DNA of 15,373 nucleotides, taken from Fibrobacterales bacterium. GTDB lineage: Bacteria > Fibrobacterota > Fibrobacteria > Fibrobacterales > JAOPTW01. How positions within the stretch are numbered: position 1 is the first letter of the stretch; each line of letters starts with the position of its first letter. The notes beneath the pieces are model-generated. The model saw only the letters and a list, made by a program, of their open reading frames with translations, was not told the DNA's origin and did no database searches. Below are positions 1 through 8,191 of the stretch, piece after piece. The stretch covers positions 1-15,373 of the forward strand of contig JAOPTX010000121.1 of NCBI GenBank assembly GCA_051532055.1, written 5' to 3'. The translations under genes and the position numbers were made by a program.

Positions 1-396
1 GATGGTGCCCTGGTTAAAGGGGCAGGTCTGATTCTTTTGGTAGATGATGAGGAAATTATTAGAATTACAGGTAAATTTATGCTTGAAGATATGGGGTATA
101 CGGTGATTTTGGCTAAAGATGGTTCTGAAGCTGTTGACATATTCAAAGCTCGACATTCTGAAATTACCCTAGTTCTTATGGATATGATAATGCCTGTAAT
201 GAATGGTCGGGAAGCATTTTACGAGTTAAAAAAAGTTCAAGAATCCTGTAATGTAATTCTCTCCTCTGGCTTTACTAATAGCGAAAAACTGGATGGACTC
301 AATAATGATGGACTTGCAGGATTTATACAAAAGCCTTATAGAGACATTGAGTTGAGTCAGGTAATAGATAAGGCAATACAACGAGTTCCCAGGTAA
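1..396 (+). CDS. C-terminal receiver (REC) domain, probably of a hybrid sensor histidine kinase (5' truncated by the window)
   Basis: Frame is open from base 1 (DGALVKGAGLILLVDDE...). REC motifs present: acidic pocket LVDDE, phospho-acceptor LMDMIMPVMNG, SSG switch, IQKPY. The 'KGxGxILLVDDE' linker is typical of CckA-like hybrid kinases. Confidence 0.88.
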   Translation, partial: DGALVKGAGLILLVDDEEIIRITGKFMLEDMGYTVILAKDGSEAVDIFKARHSEITLVLMDMIMPVMNGREAFYELKKVQESCNVILSSGFTNSEKLDGLNNDGLAGFIQKPYRDIELSQVIDKAIQRVPR

Positions 397-498
397 TAAT
401 AGAGTTTTGTTTGAGGCTTCCTTTAAATGATTATTTCTTTTAATATATGTAGACTAATAATGACATTTGACCTGAAAATTAAACGGTAAAAATGTATA

Positions 499-527
499 TT
501 GACCCTCGAGGACACACAACATATTCT
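499..527 (+). promoter_or_regulatory. Possible sigma70-type promoter for the amylase gene
   Basis: TTGACC (499-504), 17-nt spacer, TATTCT (522-527), lying very close to the ATG at 538. Confidence 0.35.
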
Positions 528-537
528 GGGGTTAAAA

Positions 538-2769
538 ATGTATACACTATACTTTGTATTGTGTTTGTGCATGCTGTTTTTTATAGCATGTGATAAGGGG
601 GTTTCTCCTATCGATTCACTTCACGCTTCTATAGAAAGTAGTAGCCAAAAAAATCAGCAGTTTCAGTCAAGTTATCAACGATTTAGTTCGGTACTATCAA
701 TGGATAATGGTTCTTTGAGTAGTTCCTTACCTAAAAATATGACCGTGAGTAGTGTAGAAATGAGCTCTATTTCTCTTGATACTCTTGATAGGGTGAGCAG
801 ATCAAGTAGTTCGATCACTGTGATTGGTTTGTCAAGGAGTGTCGTGCAAAATGATACAGGGGTGACTGTACCAAACGACACGATACTTTCGAGCAGTACC
901 CGATTAACGCAATCTTCACTAGGAGTGCAATCAAGTAACCAGCATTCAAGTGAATCTAGGGGGGATATATCGTCCGGTAATCCAGAATTAAGCAGTTCAG
1001 TAATTGCAGTAAGTTCTAGTAGCATCAAAGTGAGTAGCTCAGCTCCTAGTGCTCTGTCGAGTAATGAGCCTTCTTCTTCTTTTTCTTCTAATGCATCCAT
1101 CACACCCAGTAGCTCAAGCTTTGTCTCGGTCATTGTTCCTCCTGCGAATACGCTCCCGCGTACTGTATTTGTGCATCTTTTTGAATGGCAGTGGGCCGAT
1201 ATTGCTCTAGAATGTGAAAATGTACTTGGACCTGGAGGTTTTGCTGCGGTACAGGTATCACCTCCTCAAAAATCCATTCCAGGAGACGTGTGGTGGACTC
1301 GTTATCAACCAATGAGTTATGCCATAGAGGGGCGTTCGGGAAATCGTGCAGCATTTGCAAATATGGTACAGCGCTGTAAGGCAGTTGGGGTAGATATATA
1401 TGTAGATGCTGTAATTAATCACATGGCAGCAGGGGGTAGGAATTATCCTGAGGTTCCTTACGCATCTGGTGATTTTCATGGGTGTACAAGCATCACAAAT
1501 TTTACAGATCGCTGGGAGGTTCAGAATTGTGATCTGCTCGGACTCAATGATCTTGCGACAGAAAAAGAGGATGTGCGAAATAAAATTGCAGCATATTTGA
1601 ACGACCTTATTGGTATTGGCGTAGCCGGGTTTCGTATCGATGCGGCTAAGCACATGCCGGCTTCAGACCTTGCTGCAATTAAAAGTAAATTGACTGGAAG
1701 CCCCTATATATTTCAAGAAGTAATTGGAGCGGGGACTGAACCCATTAAGCCTTCAGAATATACTGGTGTAGGGAGTGTGACAGAATTCAATTTTACTCGA
1801 ACTATTGGGCACTACTTTAAGAGACGAGCACCACTGCATGAGCTCTCAAATATTGGTACCTGGTCAGGATGGCTTCCGAGTAATAGCGCTGTTGTATTTG
1901 TCGCAAATCATGATAACCAGCGTCAGGATACTGATAATACAATCACACACAAAGATGGAGAAGGGGTCAATAATAGCGCCCATATCTTTGCCCTTGGATG
2001 GCCTTATGGCTACCCTAAGATTATGTCAAGCTATGAGTGGGCTGATCATGATCAAGGCCCGCCAGCAGTAGGAGCAAATACTTGTAGTGACGGTTGGCTA
2101 TGTGAACATCGGTCGCGCCCCATTTATAACATGGTGCAATTTAGAAACTACACTCACAGTGTGCCTTATGTAACAGACTTCTGGACTAATGGTGGGAATC
2201 AAATTGCATGGGGGCGCGGTGGTTTAGGGTATGTTGCTCTCAATATGGAAGGGAGTACCCTAACACGTACCTTTAATACAGGTATGCCTGTTGGAACTTA
2301 TTGTGATGCAATTACTGGTGACTTCAATCCGGTAACCAAAGCGTGTACGGGTACGGTTATCTCAGTGAATGGGAGTGGATTGGCTCAGATGACGGTTCCA
2401 CCAATAGGGGCTGTCGCAATACATAGAGGTGTTCGTATTGATGATCAATGTACAAGTAGATGTTCATCCAAAACTGTGCCGGTAACTTTTACTTGTCATA
2501 ATGGTTCTACTGTTATGGGGCAGAGTGTCTATGTTGTAGGTAATATCCCCGAGCTGGGTGATTGGAACGAAGGGGGGGCACGTAAGCTTGAACCTTCTCG
2601 CTATCCTATCTGGGAAGGAGTGATGAATTTACCTGCCAATACTGCATTAGAGTGGAAATGCCTCAAGCGCAATCAATATAATCCTACAGATAATATTGTG
2701 TGGGAAAGTGGTTCGAATACGGTGATTAACTCTGGGAGTGGCGGAGTGAGTACGGTGGGGAGTTTTTGA
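538..2769 (+). CDS. Lipoprotein alpha-amylase: signal peptide II, Ser-rich linker, GH13 catalytic domain (animal/actinomycete/Pseudoalteromonas-like), C-terminal CBM20 starch-binding domain
   Basis: ATG at 538 gives MYTLYFVLCLCMLFFIA-C (lipobox-like FIAC). GH13 motifs: VHLFEW, DAVINH, GFRIDAAKH (nucleophile D), FQEVI (acid/base E), FVANHD, YGYPKIMSSY, GWLCEHR. CBM20 from ~2476: GQSVYVVGNIPELGDW, EWK, WESGSN. Confidence 0.95.
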   Translation: MYTLYFVLCLCMLFFIACDKGVSPIDSLHASIESSSQKNQQFQSSYQRFSSVLSMDNGSLSSSLPKNMTVSSVEMSSISLDTLDRVSRSSSSITVIGLSRSVVQNDTGVTVPNDTILSSSTRLTQSSLGVQSSNQHSSESRGDISSGNPELSSSVIAVSSSSIKVSSSAPSALSSNEPSSSFSSNASITPSSSSFVSVIVPPANTLPRTVFVHLFEWQWADIALECENVLGPGGFAAVQVSPPQKSIPGDVWWTRYQPMSYAIEGRSGNRAAFANMVQRCKAVGVDIYVDAVINHMAAGGRNYPEVPYASGDFHGCTSITNFTDRWEVQNCDLLGLNDLATEKEDVRNKIAAYLNDLIGIGVAGFRIDAAKHMPASDLAAIKSKLTGSPYIFQEVIGAGTEPIKPSEYTGVGSVTEFNFTRTIGHYFKRRAPLHELSNIGTWSGWLPSNSAVVFVANHDNQRQDTDNTITHKDGEGVNNSAHIFALGWPYGYPKIMSSYEWADHDQGPPAVGANTCSDGWLCEHRSRPIYNMVQFRNYTHSVPYVTDFWTNGGNQIAWGRGGLGYVALNMEGSTLTRTFNTGMPVGTYCDAITGDFNPVTKACTGTVISVNGSGLAQMTVPPIGAVAIHRGVRIDDQCTSRCSSKTVPVTFTCHNGSTVMGQSVYVVGNIPELGDWNEGGARKLEPSRYPIWEGVMNLPANTALEWKCLKRNQYNPTDNIVWESGSNTVINSGSGGVSTVGSF

Positions 2770-2832
2770 TTGCTTCCACAGTTGTTTTTGTTTGCTTATT
2801 TTTCTTGGGATTTCAGTCTTCTTTTTTTTGAT

Positions 2833-2848
2833 ACAACACTTGTGTTGT
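2833..2848. promoter_or_regulatory. Perfect dyad ACAACAC-TT-GTGTTGT, possible operator
   Basis: 7-bp inverted repeat with a 2-nt spacer (too tight for an RNA hairpin) in the 300-bp intergenic region upstream of the discoidin gene. Confidence 0.3.
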
Positions 2849-2929
2849 TAAGATAAAAGGTTATTTGTACTTAGAGTAAGTGCTTCTCTGCTTTGATTTT
2901 ATTAATTGATTCTGGTGTGTGAGTTTAAT

Positions 2930-2951
2930 TTTTGAGTACGTTTTGAGTACG
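2930..2951. repeat. Perfect tandem direct repeat 2 x TTTTGAGTACG (11 bp)
   Basis: Read directly at 2930-2940 and 2941-2951. Confidence 0.85.
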
Positions 2952-3026
2952 CTATATTTTCATGGGTGGCGATAGACCATATACATCATGAGTATTTAGA
3001 GGTACCTTTGGTCTCGTTAAATGTAA

Positions 3027-3038
3027 ACACACACACAC
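3027..3038 (+). repeat. (AC)6 dinucleotide repeat in an A/C-rich 5' leader
   Basis: acacacacacac at 3027-3038, continuing as aacacaattaacaattacacaggaatcacac-ATG. Confidence 0.8.
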
Positions 3039-3069
3039 AACACAATTAACAATTACACAGGAATCACAC

Positions 3070-3765
3070 ATGAAACTTAGTAACATTATTAAATCAACAC
3101 TCGTTGGAATCACTTGTATCACATCAATTGCTTCTGCAGCCAACTATAGCCTTGTCTCTCAAATTGCTGAAGTAACAGCTTCAAGTATTGAGTCAACTCA
3201 GTACCCTGCATCAAACCTTACTGATGGAAATAAAGATACTCGTTGGGCGTCCGAATTTGCTGATGGTCAGGAAGTAATTCTTGATCTCCGTTCTTCACAA
3301 TACATTGACAGAGTGGCATTGACATGGGAAGGCGCATATGCTTCAACCTACACAGTATCTACTTCAAATGACTTAGTACACTGGGAATTTCAATATACTC
3401 AAGTACATGGCATGGGTGGTGTTGAAGTTGAAACAAGAGATATGGGTAAATTTCAGTATGTTAAAATTGCACTAGACTACAGAGCAACTTCATACGGTTT
3501 TTCACTCTATGAAGTAGAAGTTTTTACTGATCTTGATCTTCACCTTGAAGCTACAACTATTAAATTGAATGCACACAGCGACTGGGGTAGAAAGCCACTT
3601 CCTTCGTGTGATAATAGCACTGTAGGAACAATTGCAGTACAGAAAGAGGGTCACTACACTATTAATACAGTTGTATACTCATGTGTAAGCTACAGCGCTC
3701 CAAATCTTACAAGTACATTGTTTGGTTGGGTTAAACTTGCAGAAGGTGCACAGCTTCTCGATTAG
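3070..3765 (+). CDS. Secreted F5/8 type C (discoidin/CBM32) domain protein with a small Cys-containing C-terminal module
   Basis: Signal peptide ending ASA-A. Discoidin motifs TASS..E, NLTDGNKDTRWAS, ILDL, LTWE-GAYA, YGFSLYEVEVF. AGGA SD lies 7 nt upstream of the ATG. Confidence 0.88.
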   Translation: MKLSNIIKSTLVGITCITSIASAANYSLVSQIAEVTASSIESTQYPASNLTDGNKDTRWASEFADGQEVILDLRSSQYIDRVALTWEGAYASTYTVSTSNDLVHWEFQYTQVHGMGGVEVETRDMGKFQYVKIALDYRATSYGFSLYEVEVFTDLDLHLEATTIKLNAHSDWGRKPLPSCDNSTVGTIAVQKEGHYTINTVVYSCVSYSAPNLTSTLFGWVKLAEGAQLLD

Positions 3766-3790
3766 TAATCAGATTCTGTAATCGTTTTAT

Positions 3791-3825
3791 AAAAAAAGGC
3801 TCCTTAGCAATAAGGAGTCTTTTTT
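3791..3825. terminator. Bidirectional intrinsic terminator between the discoidin gene and the convergent biosynthetic operon
   Basis: AAAAAAA-GGCTCCTTA-GCAA-TAAGGAGTC-TTTTTT: 9-bp stem (one G-U pair), GNRA loop, A-tract before and T-tract after. Confidence 0.9.
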
Positions 3826-3898
3826 ATTTGTTATAACAGGTTACTAAATAACTTTTACTAAAATACTCCCTACTCATGTTTTGATAGAGTACATTAGA

Positions 3899-5050
3899 CT
3901 ATTTACTTATCCAGCTTTTAAAGCTGACCGTGATACCTCGCCAAATAAATTGTTTCCGGAATAGGCTTACTATGACAAGAAGGGGTTGAAGCATAAGCAT
4001 TAATGGAACATAGATAATGTGCCTGAGTGGAAGAGTATGACTCCTCTTGAGTAAAGTGTATTCATTAATCATTATTCCCATGCTTTCAATGAGAATACTG
4101 AGTAGTAAAGGAACAAATAGAATAAGATGGATATCGGTAAAAAAGAGCATAAGACTCAGGATATACAGAGAGATTGGGGCAAAGAGGCTCAGAATAAGCA
4201 TAGAAAAACTATAGATAAAGGTTTTGCGATCTATTAAGTGCATTATAGCGCGGGGGAGCATAAGCCACCGGATAATTTGTTCAATAACATCCTTCCATGA
4301 TGCACTGTGTTTATTTACCACAATAGGTTCTTTTGAAAGGTGAACTGATTTGCCGGCTCGTCCGAAATAGGTGCCTAAAGAGTGGTCATCAGAGGCTTCT
4401 TTTCGATTATTGTAGAGTGCCTGTTCGGCAACGTCATCTACTGGCCGAATCATCATGCTTGGCCCTATGGATGTATTAAATTGAGACCAGATAAAAGCCC
4501 CGGCATAAAGAGAAAAGTTACTGTAATCAGTATATGCCGCTAATAATGCTTCAGGAGGAGTACTGGCATTTGCGTATATGGGGAGACTGAAGGATAAATG
4601 ACCTTGATGAGACTGGGTTCTTCTCGTCAGGTAGTCATAGTCAATTGAGGTATCGCTATCCATAAACAGAACAGTATCATATGATGCAGCTTTATAGCCC
4701 TGATACATTCTCCAGTTCTTGTCGTACCAATTGTCAGAGAGTTGTTTGCTAATTATAATGGTGACTTGAGGAGAGTACTGATTGAGTCGTTCAAGATTTT
4801 CTGCGTCGGCAACGACAATTACCTCAATAGTATTTTCATAATTTTGTTTACAAAGATTGGTGAGCAATAAATCTAAAGAATGGTCCCAGCCTTTTAAAGG
4901 GATAATTACAGTTATGTCTCCTTGAGATTGGCTATTGGGATCACAGACTATTGGCTTATTTGAAAAACGCAGATAAATTAACATCCATCGTAAAAATAAC
5001 ACGACTGGGATACCCCAGAAGAGACTCATGAATAGAGTGCTATTGATCAA
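3899..5050 (-). CDS. Membrane glycosyltransferase, GT-A fold, ceramide glucosyltransferase/HpnI-like (GT21/GT2)
   Basis: N-terminal TM helix, 'ITVIIPLKG', K in 'DKNWRM', DxD (FMDSD), 'IGPSMM', SDD-H, QxxRW (QIIRW), several C-terminal TM helices. TTG start overlaps the upstream stop (TTGA) and has GGAG 5 nt upstream. Confidence 0.8.
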   Translation of the reverse strand: MINSTLFMSLFWGIPVVLFLRWMLIYLRFSNKPIVCDPNSQSQGDITVIIPLKGWDHSLDLLLTNLCKQNYENTIEVIVVADAENLERLNQYSPQVTIIISKQLSDNWYDKNWRMYQGYKAASYDTVLFMDSDTSIDYDYLTRRTQSHQGHLSFSLPIYANASTPPEALLAAYTDYSNFSLYAGAFIWSQFNTSIGPSMMIRPVDDVAEQALYNNRKEASDDHSLGTYFGRAGKSVHLSKEPIVVNKHSASWKDVIEQIIRWLMLPRAIMHLIDRKTFIYSFSMLILSLFAPISLYILSLMLFFTDIHLILFVPLLLSILIESMGIMINEYTLLKRSHTLPLRHIIYVPLMLMLQPLLVIVSLFRKQFIWRGITVSFKSWISK

Positions 5051-6372
5051 GTCATCTCCGATGTGGTGAACGTTCGTTCAACTCTTTTTAATTTTGCGAG
5101 AGGTAATGGTGCTCTATAAGGAGTAAAAATAACTTGCGGGTGTGTAATTTTATAGCTATCAAATACCATATTCAGGTTGGATACTATTTTCTTATTTTCT
5201 GATTCAGTAGATGAAGTACTGGCTCCATATTGAATAGATACTTCGATTGAACTCATACTTGTTTGTATGATTTTATACTCAGCAATCATGTCGGTAGCCG
5301 TAATTACAGCCCTTCTCATAAAATCAGGATATACTGGAATAGTTTCTCCTGTATGGGTCAAAAAATAAAATATATCATCACACCGCCCTTCTATGCATTC
5401 CAATGCTGTGAGGGCAGATCCACATTTACAGGGAGTGTCTTTTAATGTGAGGATATCATTTAAACGGTATCTAATTACAGGCTGGCTGGTGCGATTGAGG
5501 TCGGTGATAATGGGGATAAACTTTTTTGGATTATTTGGCAAAAATTCTTTTTCAATTATAAGGAGGTCTTCATTTAAATGAAGTGTTCCATGGGCACAGG
5601 TACAACCTATAAACCCTTCAGTTGCTTGATATATTTGATGTATTGTTTGATTATATATTCGCTTTAAATAGAGTTCATCAAGTGGATCGAGTACTTCTGC
5701 AACAGATATAACTTTGATAGGATGTAAGCTTATTGCTCTGGATTCAATACATTGTGCAATGACCTTTAATACTGAGGGTGGGGCAATGAGTATGGTGGGT
5801 TGTATTGTATTGAGTCTGTTGAGATGATCTGTTGCTGGTATGATCATGTCGAAATAGTGAAAGGAAATGGCACCTGCATTACTACTTTCATATAGATTAC
5901 TGTTGGAACGGAGAAACAGTGCAATACGGTTTTTTTGCCATAAAGGGCCAGGGAGTACTTTCGCAAGGGTCTTTCCTGCCCATACGGATTCTTCGTAGGG
6001 AGAAACCAAGAAAAGGCCACGATTACCACTGGTTCCAGAAGATAAACCAATAGTATATCCATTGATCCTTCCATCAAATGAACGATCGGTTTCAGATTTT
6101 ATTGCGTATTCATATGCGTGTTCTTTTGATATTCCAACAGTATTGATCGTATCAAAATGTTCCATCATTGTCTCTTTTGACATGATCTCTATTGTATCTT
6201 TTAGCTGTGAACTATTAGCAGTAATATTTTTATAAAAGAGAGATTTCTTTGATACGGTGCGTAATACTTTTTTTAATCTTTTTTGTTGGTAACGGTGTAT
6301 TCTCATTCGAGAATCAAACGTGAGTATATATCTAGAAATAATAAAATGATACAGTATAATTATTGATTTCAT
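5047..6372 (-). CDS. Adenylate-forming enzyme, F390 synthetase-related / PaaK-like (ANL superfamily)
   Basis: P-loop LSSGTSGNRG, YQATE, IRYRLND, hinge IEGRCDD, terminal lysine in AKLKR, and PaaK-like Zn-site cysteines (CTCAHG, CKCG). ATGA overlap with the upstream gene. Confidence 0.9.
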   Translation of the reverse strand: MKSIIILYHFIISRYILTFDSRMRIHRYQQKRLKKVLRTVSKKSLFYKNITANSSQLKDTIEIMSKETMMEHFDTINTVGISKEHAYEYAIKSETDRSFDGRINGYTIGLSSGTSGNRGLFLVSPYEESVWAGKTLAKVLPGPLWQKNRIALFLRSNSNLYESSNAGAISFHYFDMIIPATDHLNRLNTIQPTILIAPPSVLKVIAQCIESRAISLHPIKVISVAEVLDPLDELYLKRIYNQTIHQIYQATEGFIGCTCAHGTLHLNEDLLIIEKEFLPNNPKKFIPIITDLNRTSQPVIRYRLNDILTLKDTPCKCGSALTALECIEGRCDDIFYFLTHTGETIPVYPDFMRRAVITATDMIAEYKIIQTSMSSIEVSIQYGASTSSTESENKKIVSNLNMVFDSYKITHPQVIFTPYRAPLPLAKLKRVERTFTTSEMT

Positions 6373-7196
6373 AGGCGTGGTAGGTTGGAATGCGTTGAGC
6401 TGCAGTGACAGGGAATGATATTCAGGTTTTTTGATCTCAAATGTAAGGTGTGTAATTTTTTGATTGTATCGAGATAGAGGCTTTTGTCGTGAATGATTAA
6501 ATATGCTAATGGGTGTATTTTTGAAAGTCTTTTGAATTGATCTTCGATCCAGCAGGCATCTGAAATCAATAAATAATCAGCATCCGATGCGCTTAAAAAG
6601 AGTCCCATATGTCCGGGAACATGTCCGGGGAGAGAAACCCCTATAATACTGCCGTCATTAAAAATATCCCACCCGCTCGTAATAGGGTCTATTAATGATC
6701 CGCAGTCAATTTGTTCAGACTTTGAAATAGCATGTGCACGTTTTTCAAAATTTTCAGGTAAGAGGTCTTTTAAAAAGCCATTTTTTACTTGAGCAAAACG
6801 GTTGAGAGTAACAACATTGCGGTAGGCTTCATCTATAAAATGATACTGTGCTGAAGGGAAATCTCTTATACCAGCGACGTGGTCGGCGTGAAAGTGGGAT
6901 ATAATAACATGCTTAATATCTTCTGGATCAATGCCGTGCAGTTTTAATTGATAGGCGGCCGTGGCCTCTGGTGTCACATAAACTGGAGTTAATAGCGCAT
7001 AGAGTTTTTCTGGAAAATGAGCGGTGGCAGTGTAGAAATTGTGAGAGTATCCAGTGTCAAATAAGATGTATCCTTTGGAAGGGTGGTTAATGAGTGCAAC
7101 TGTAGAGGGGAAGATTGATGGTTTAAACGAACCTCCTTTCTTAACTATAAACTCTGGGTGGGTACAATAACCCGCTTCAATAAATTTAATGTCCAT
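6369..7196 (-). CDS. MBL-fold metallo-hydrolase (AHL-lactonase-like subgroup)
   Basis: LFDTG, HxHxDH (SHFHADH), LPGHVPGH, SDACW, terminal CH. The likely start is ATG 7196 (MDIKFIEAG) with an AAGGAG SD 7 nt upstream, overlapping the SDR 3' end. Confidence 0.92.
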   Translation of the reverse strand: MDIKFIEAGYCTHPEFIVKKGGSFKPSIFPSTVALINHPSKGYILFDTGYSHNFYTATAHFPEKLYALLTPVYVTPEATAAYQLKLHGIDPEDIKHVIISHFHADHVAGIRDFPSAQYHFIDEAYRNVVTLNRFAQVKNGFLKDLLPENFEKRAHAISKSEQIDCGSLIDPITSGWDIFNDGSIIGVSLPGHVPGHMGLFLSASDADYLLISDACWIEDQFKRLSKIHPLAYLIIHDKSLYLDTIKKLHTLHLRSKNLNIIPCHCSSTHSNLPRL

Positions 7197-8190
7197 TCGT
7201 GTGCTCCTTAATTTTCCACCAGTCAATGAATCTGCGTGTGCCTTCTTCAAGAGATACTATTGGTACATAGTTCAGGTCTTTTTCTGCAGCACTAATTTTA
7301 AGGGTGCGTGCATGAGCTAAAACGCTTAATGAATAGGGGGTAAGAATTGGTTCTATATTAGGGAGAAATACCTTATGAATGTTTTCAAGAACAAACGATA
7401 AAAGATAGGCAAGAGAATAGGGAATCTTTTTGATTCTTACTGGAATATTTAATTGGGTTAAAAGGTCGGTAAGAAAGGGCACGAGGTCAATAGGGTCACC
7501 ATTGGTAATGTTATAAATGTTTCCAGAATAGAGTGAAGGGGCCTCTACAGCGAGACGTATGGCTTCTGCAACATTATCGACATAGGTGATGTCGATGGTT
7601 GTTGCTTTTTTTCTCAGAACTGGAATACCTTTTGATGAATTCGCTTTTATCAGTCTTGGAAATATTGCCGGATCTTCCGGGCCGAATAGTGCTTGAGGTC
7701 TGAGAGTTATAACTGAAAGACCTTGTGCATAGGCGCTTTTGATTCTTTTCTCTGCAATTATTTTAGTAGCAATATAATTATTTAAGGATCGGGACGGGAG
7801 TGGGTCATTCTCTGAAATGTCATATCGATCGATAAAGCATGAGTAGATGCTTGGGGAGCTGATATGTATCAATCGAGTTATGTTATTTTTAAGGCAAGCA
7901 GCAATTACATTTTCTGTTGCAACGACATTGTTATTATAGAATGTTTTATACTTACCCCATGAACTAGAAAGTGCGGCGCAGTGGACTACAACAGTATATT
8001 GGGCAATGACTTCGTTCACCTGAAGAGTATCGAGGAGGTCAACTTTGTGAAATAATATGCCATCAGCCTGCAGTGCACTGCCTATCGTTTCATTTCGTCC
8101 GAGGGCACTTACAGAATATCCTTTTTCTTTAAGATAATAGCATGTAGCCTTGCCTAAAAACCCTGTTCCACCTGTTATGAGAACTTTCAT
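7186..8190 (-). CDS. Extended SDR, NAD(P)-dependent epimerase/3-beta-hydroxysteroid dehydrogenase-like (OleD-like) reductase
   Basis: VLITGGTGFLG Rossmann motif, HCAA, ISSPS, YxxxK (YIATK), LRPQALFGPED, TYVDNVA. The likely start is ATG 8190, 1 nt after the stop of the fabH-like gene. Confidence 0.93.
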   Translation of the reverse strand: MKVLITGGTGFLGKATCYYLKEKGYSVSALGRNETIGSALQADGILFHKVDLLDTLQVNEVIAQYTVVVHCAALSSSWGKYKTFYNNNVVATENVIAACLKNNITRLIHISSPSIYSCFIDRYDISENDPLPSRSLNNYIATKIIAEKRIKSAYAQGLSVITLRPQALFGPEDPAIFPRLIKANSSKGIPVLRKKATTIDITYVDNVAEAIRLAVEAPSLYSGNIYNITNGDPIDLVPFLTDLLTQLNIPVRIKKIPYSLAYLLSFVLENIHKVFLPNIEPILTPYSLSVLAHARTLKISAAEKDLNYVPIVSLEEGTRRFIDWWKIKEHTNGH

Positions 8191-8191
8191 G

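Noticed and set aside
37..396. Stand-alone 119-aa response regulator starting at TTG 37
   Set aside because: The frame is open to base 1 and the TTG falls inside the first beta-strand of the REC domain, so the gene starts outside the window.
499..537. TTG start for the amylase
   Set aside because: ATG 538 gives a normal-length lipoprotein signal with a GGGG SD-like sequence upstream; the extra 13 residues add nothing recognisable.
675..1133. 152-aa Leu/Glu-rich antisense ORF
   Set aside because: Shadow of the Ser-rich linker codons on the opposite strand; no motif.
1130..2071. Short ORFs 1130-1360, 1258-1653 and 1805-2071
   Set aside because: They lie within the well-supported amylase gene and have no recognisable features.
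2950..3030. Possible riboswitch upstream of the discoidin gene
   Set aside because: Short pairings exist (AGACCA/TGGTCT, GGTACC), but I recognise no riboswitch consensus; an Rfam scan would be needed.
2952..3143. 63-aa Cys/Val-rich minus-strand ORF
   Set aside because: The CVVCVC run is just the translated (GT)n complement of the AC repeat, and the ORF overlaps the discoidin gene start.
5047..6372. True coenzyme F390 synthetase or phenylacetate catabolism
   Set aside because: The context is bacterial with no F420 or paa genes, and the neighbours indicate biosynthesis.
6369..7250. Metallo-beta-lactamase resistance gene; also the longer start at 7250
   Set aside because: No signal peptide, lactonase-like motifs and a biosynthetic context argue against resistance. 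A strong SD supports ATG 7196.
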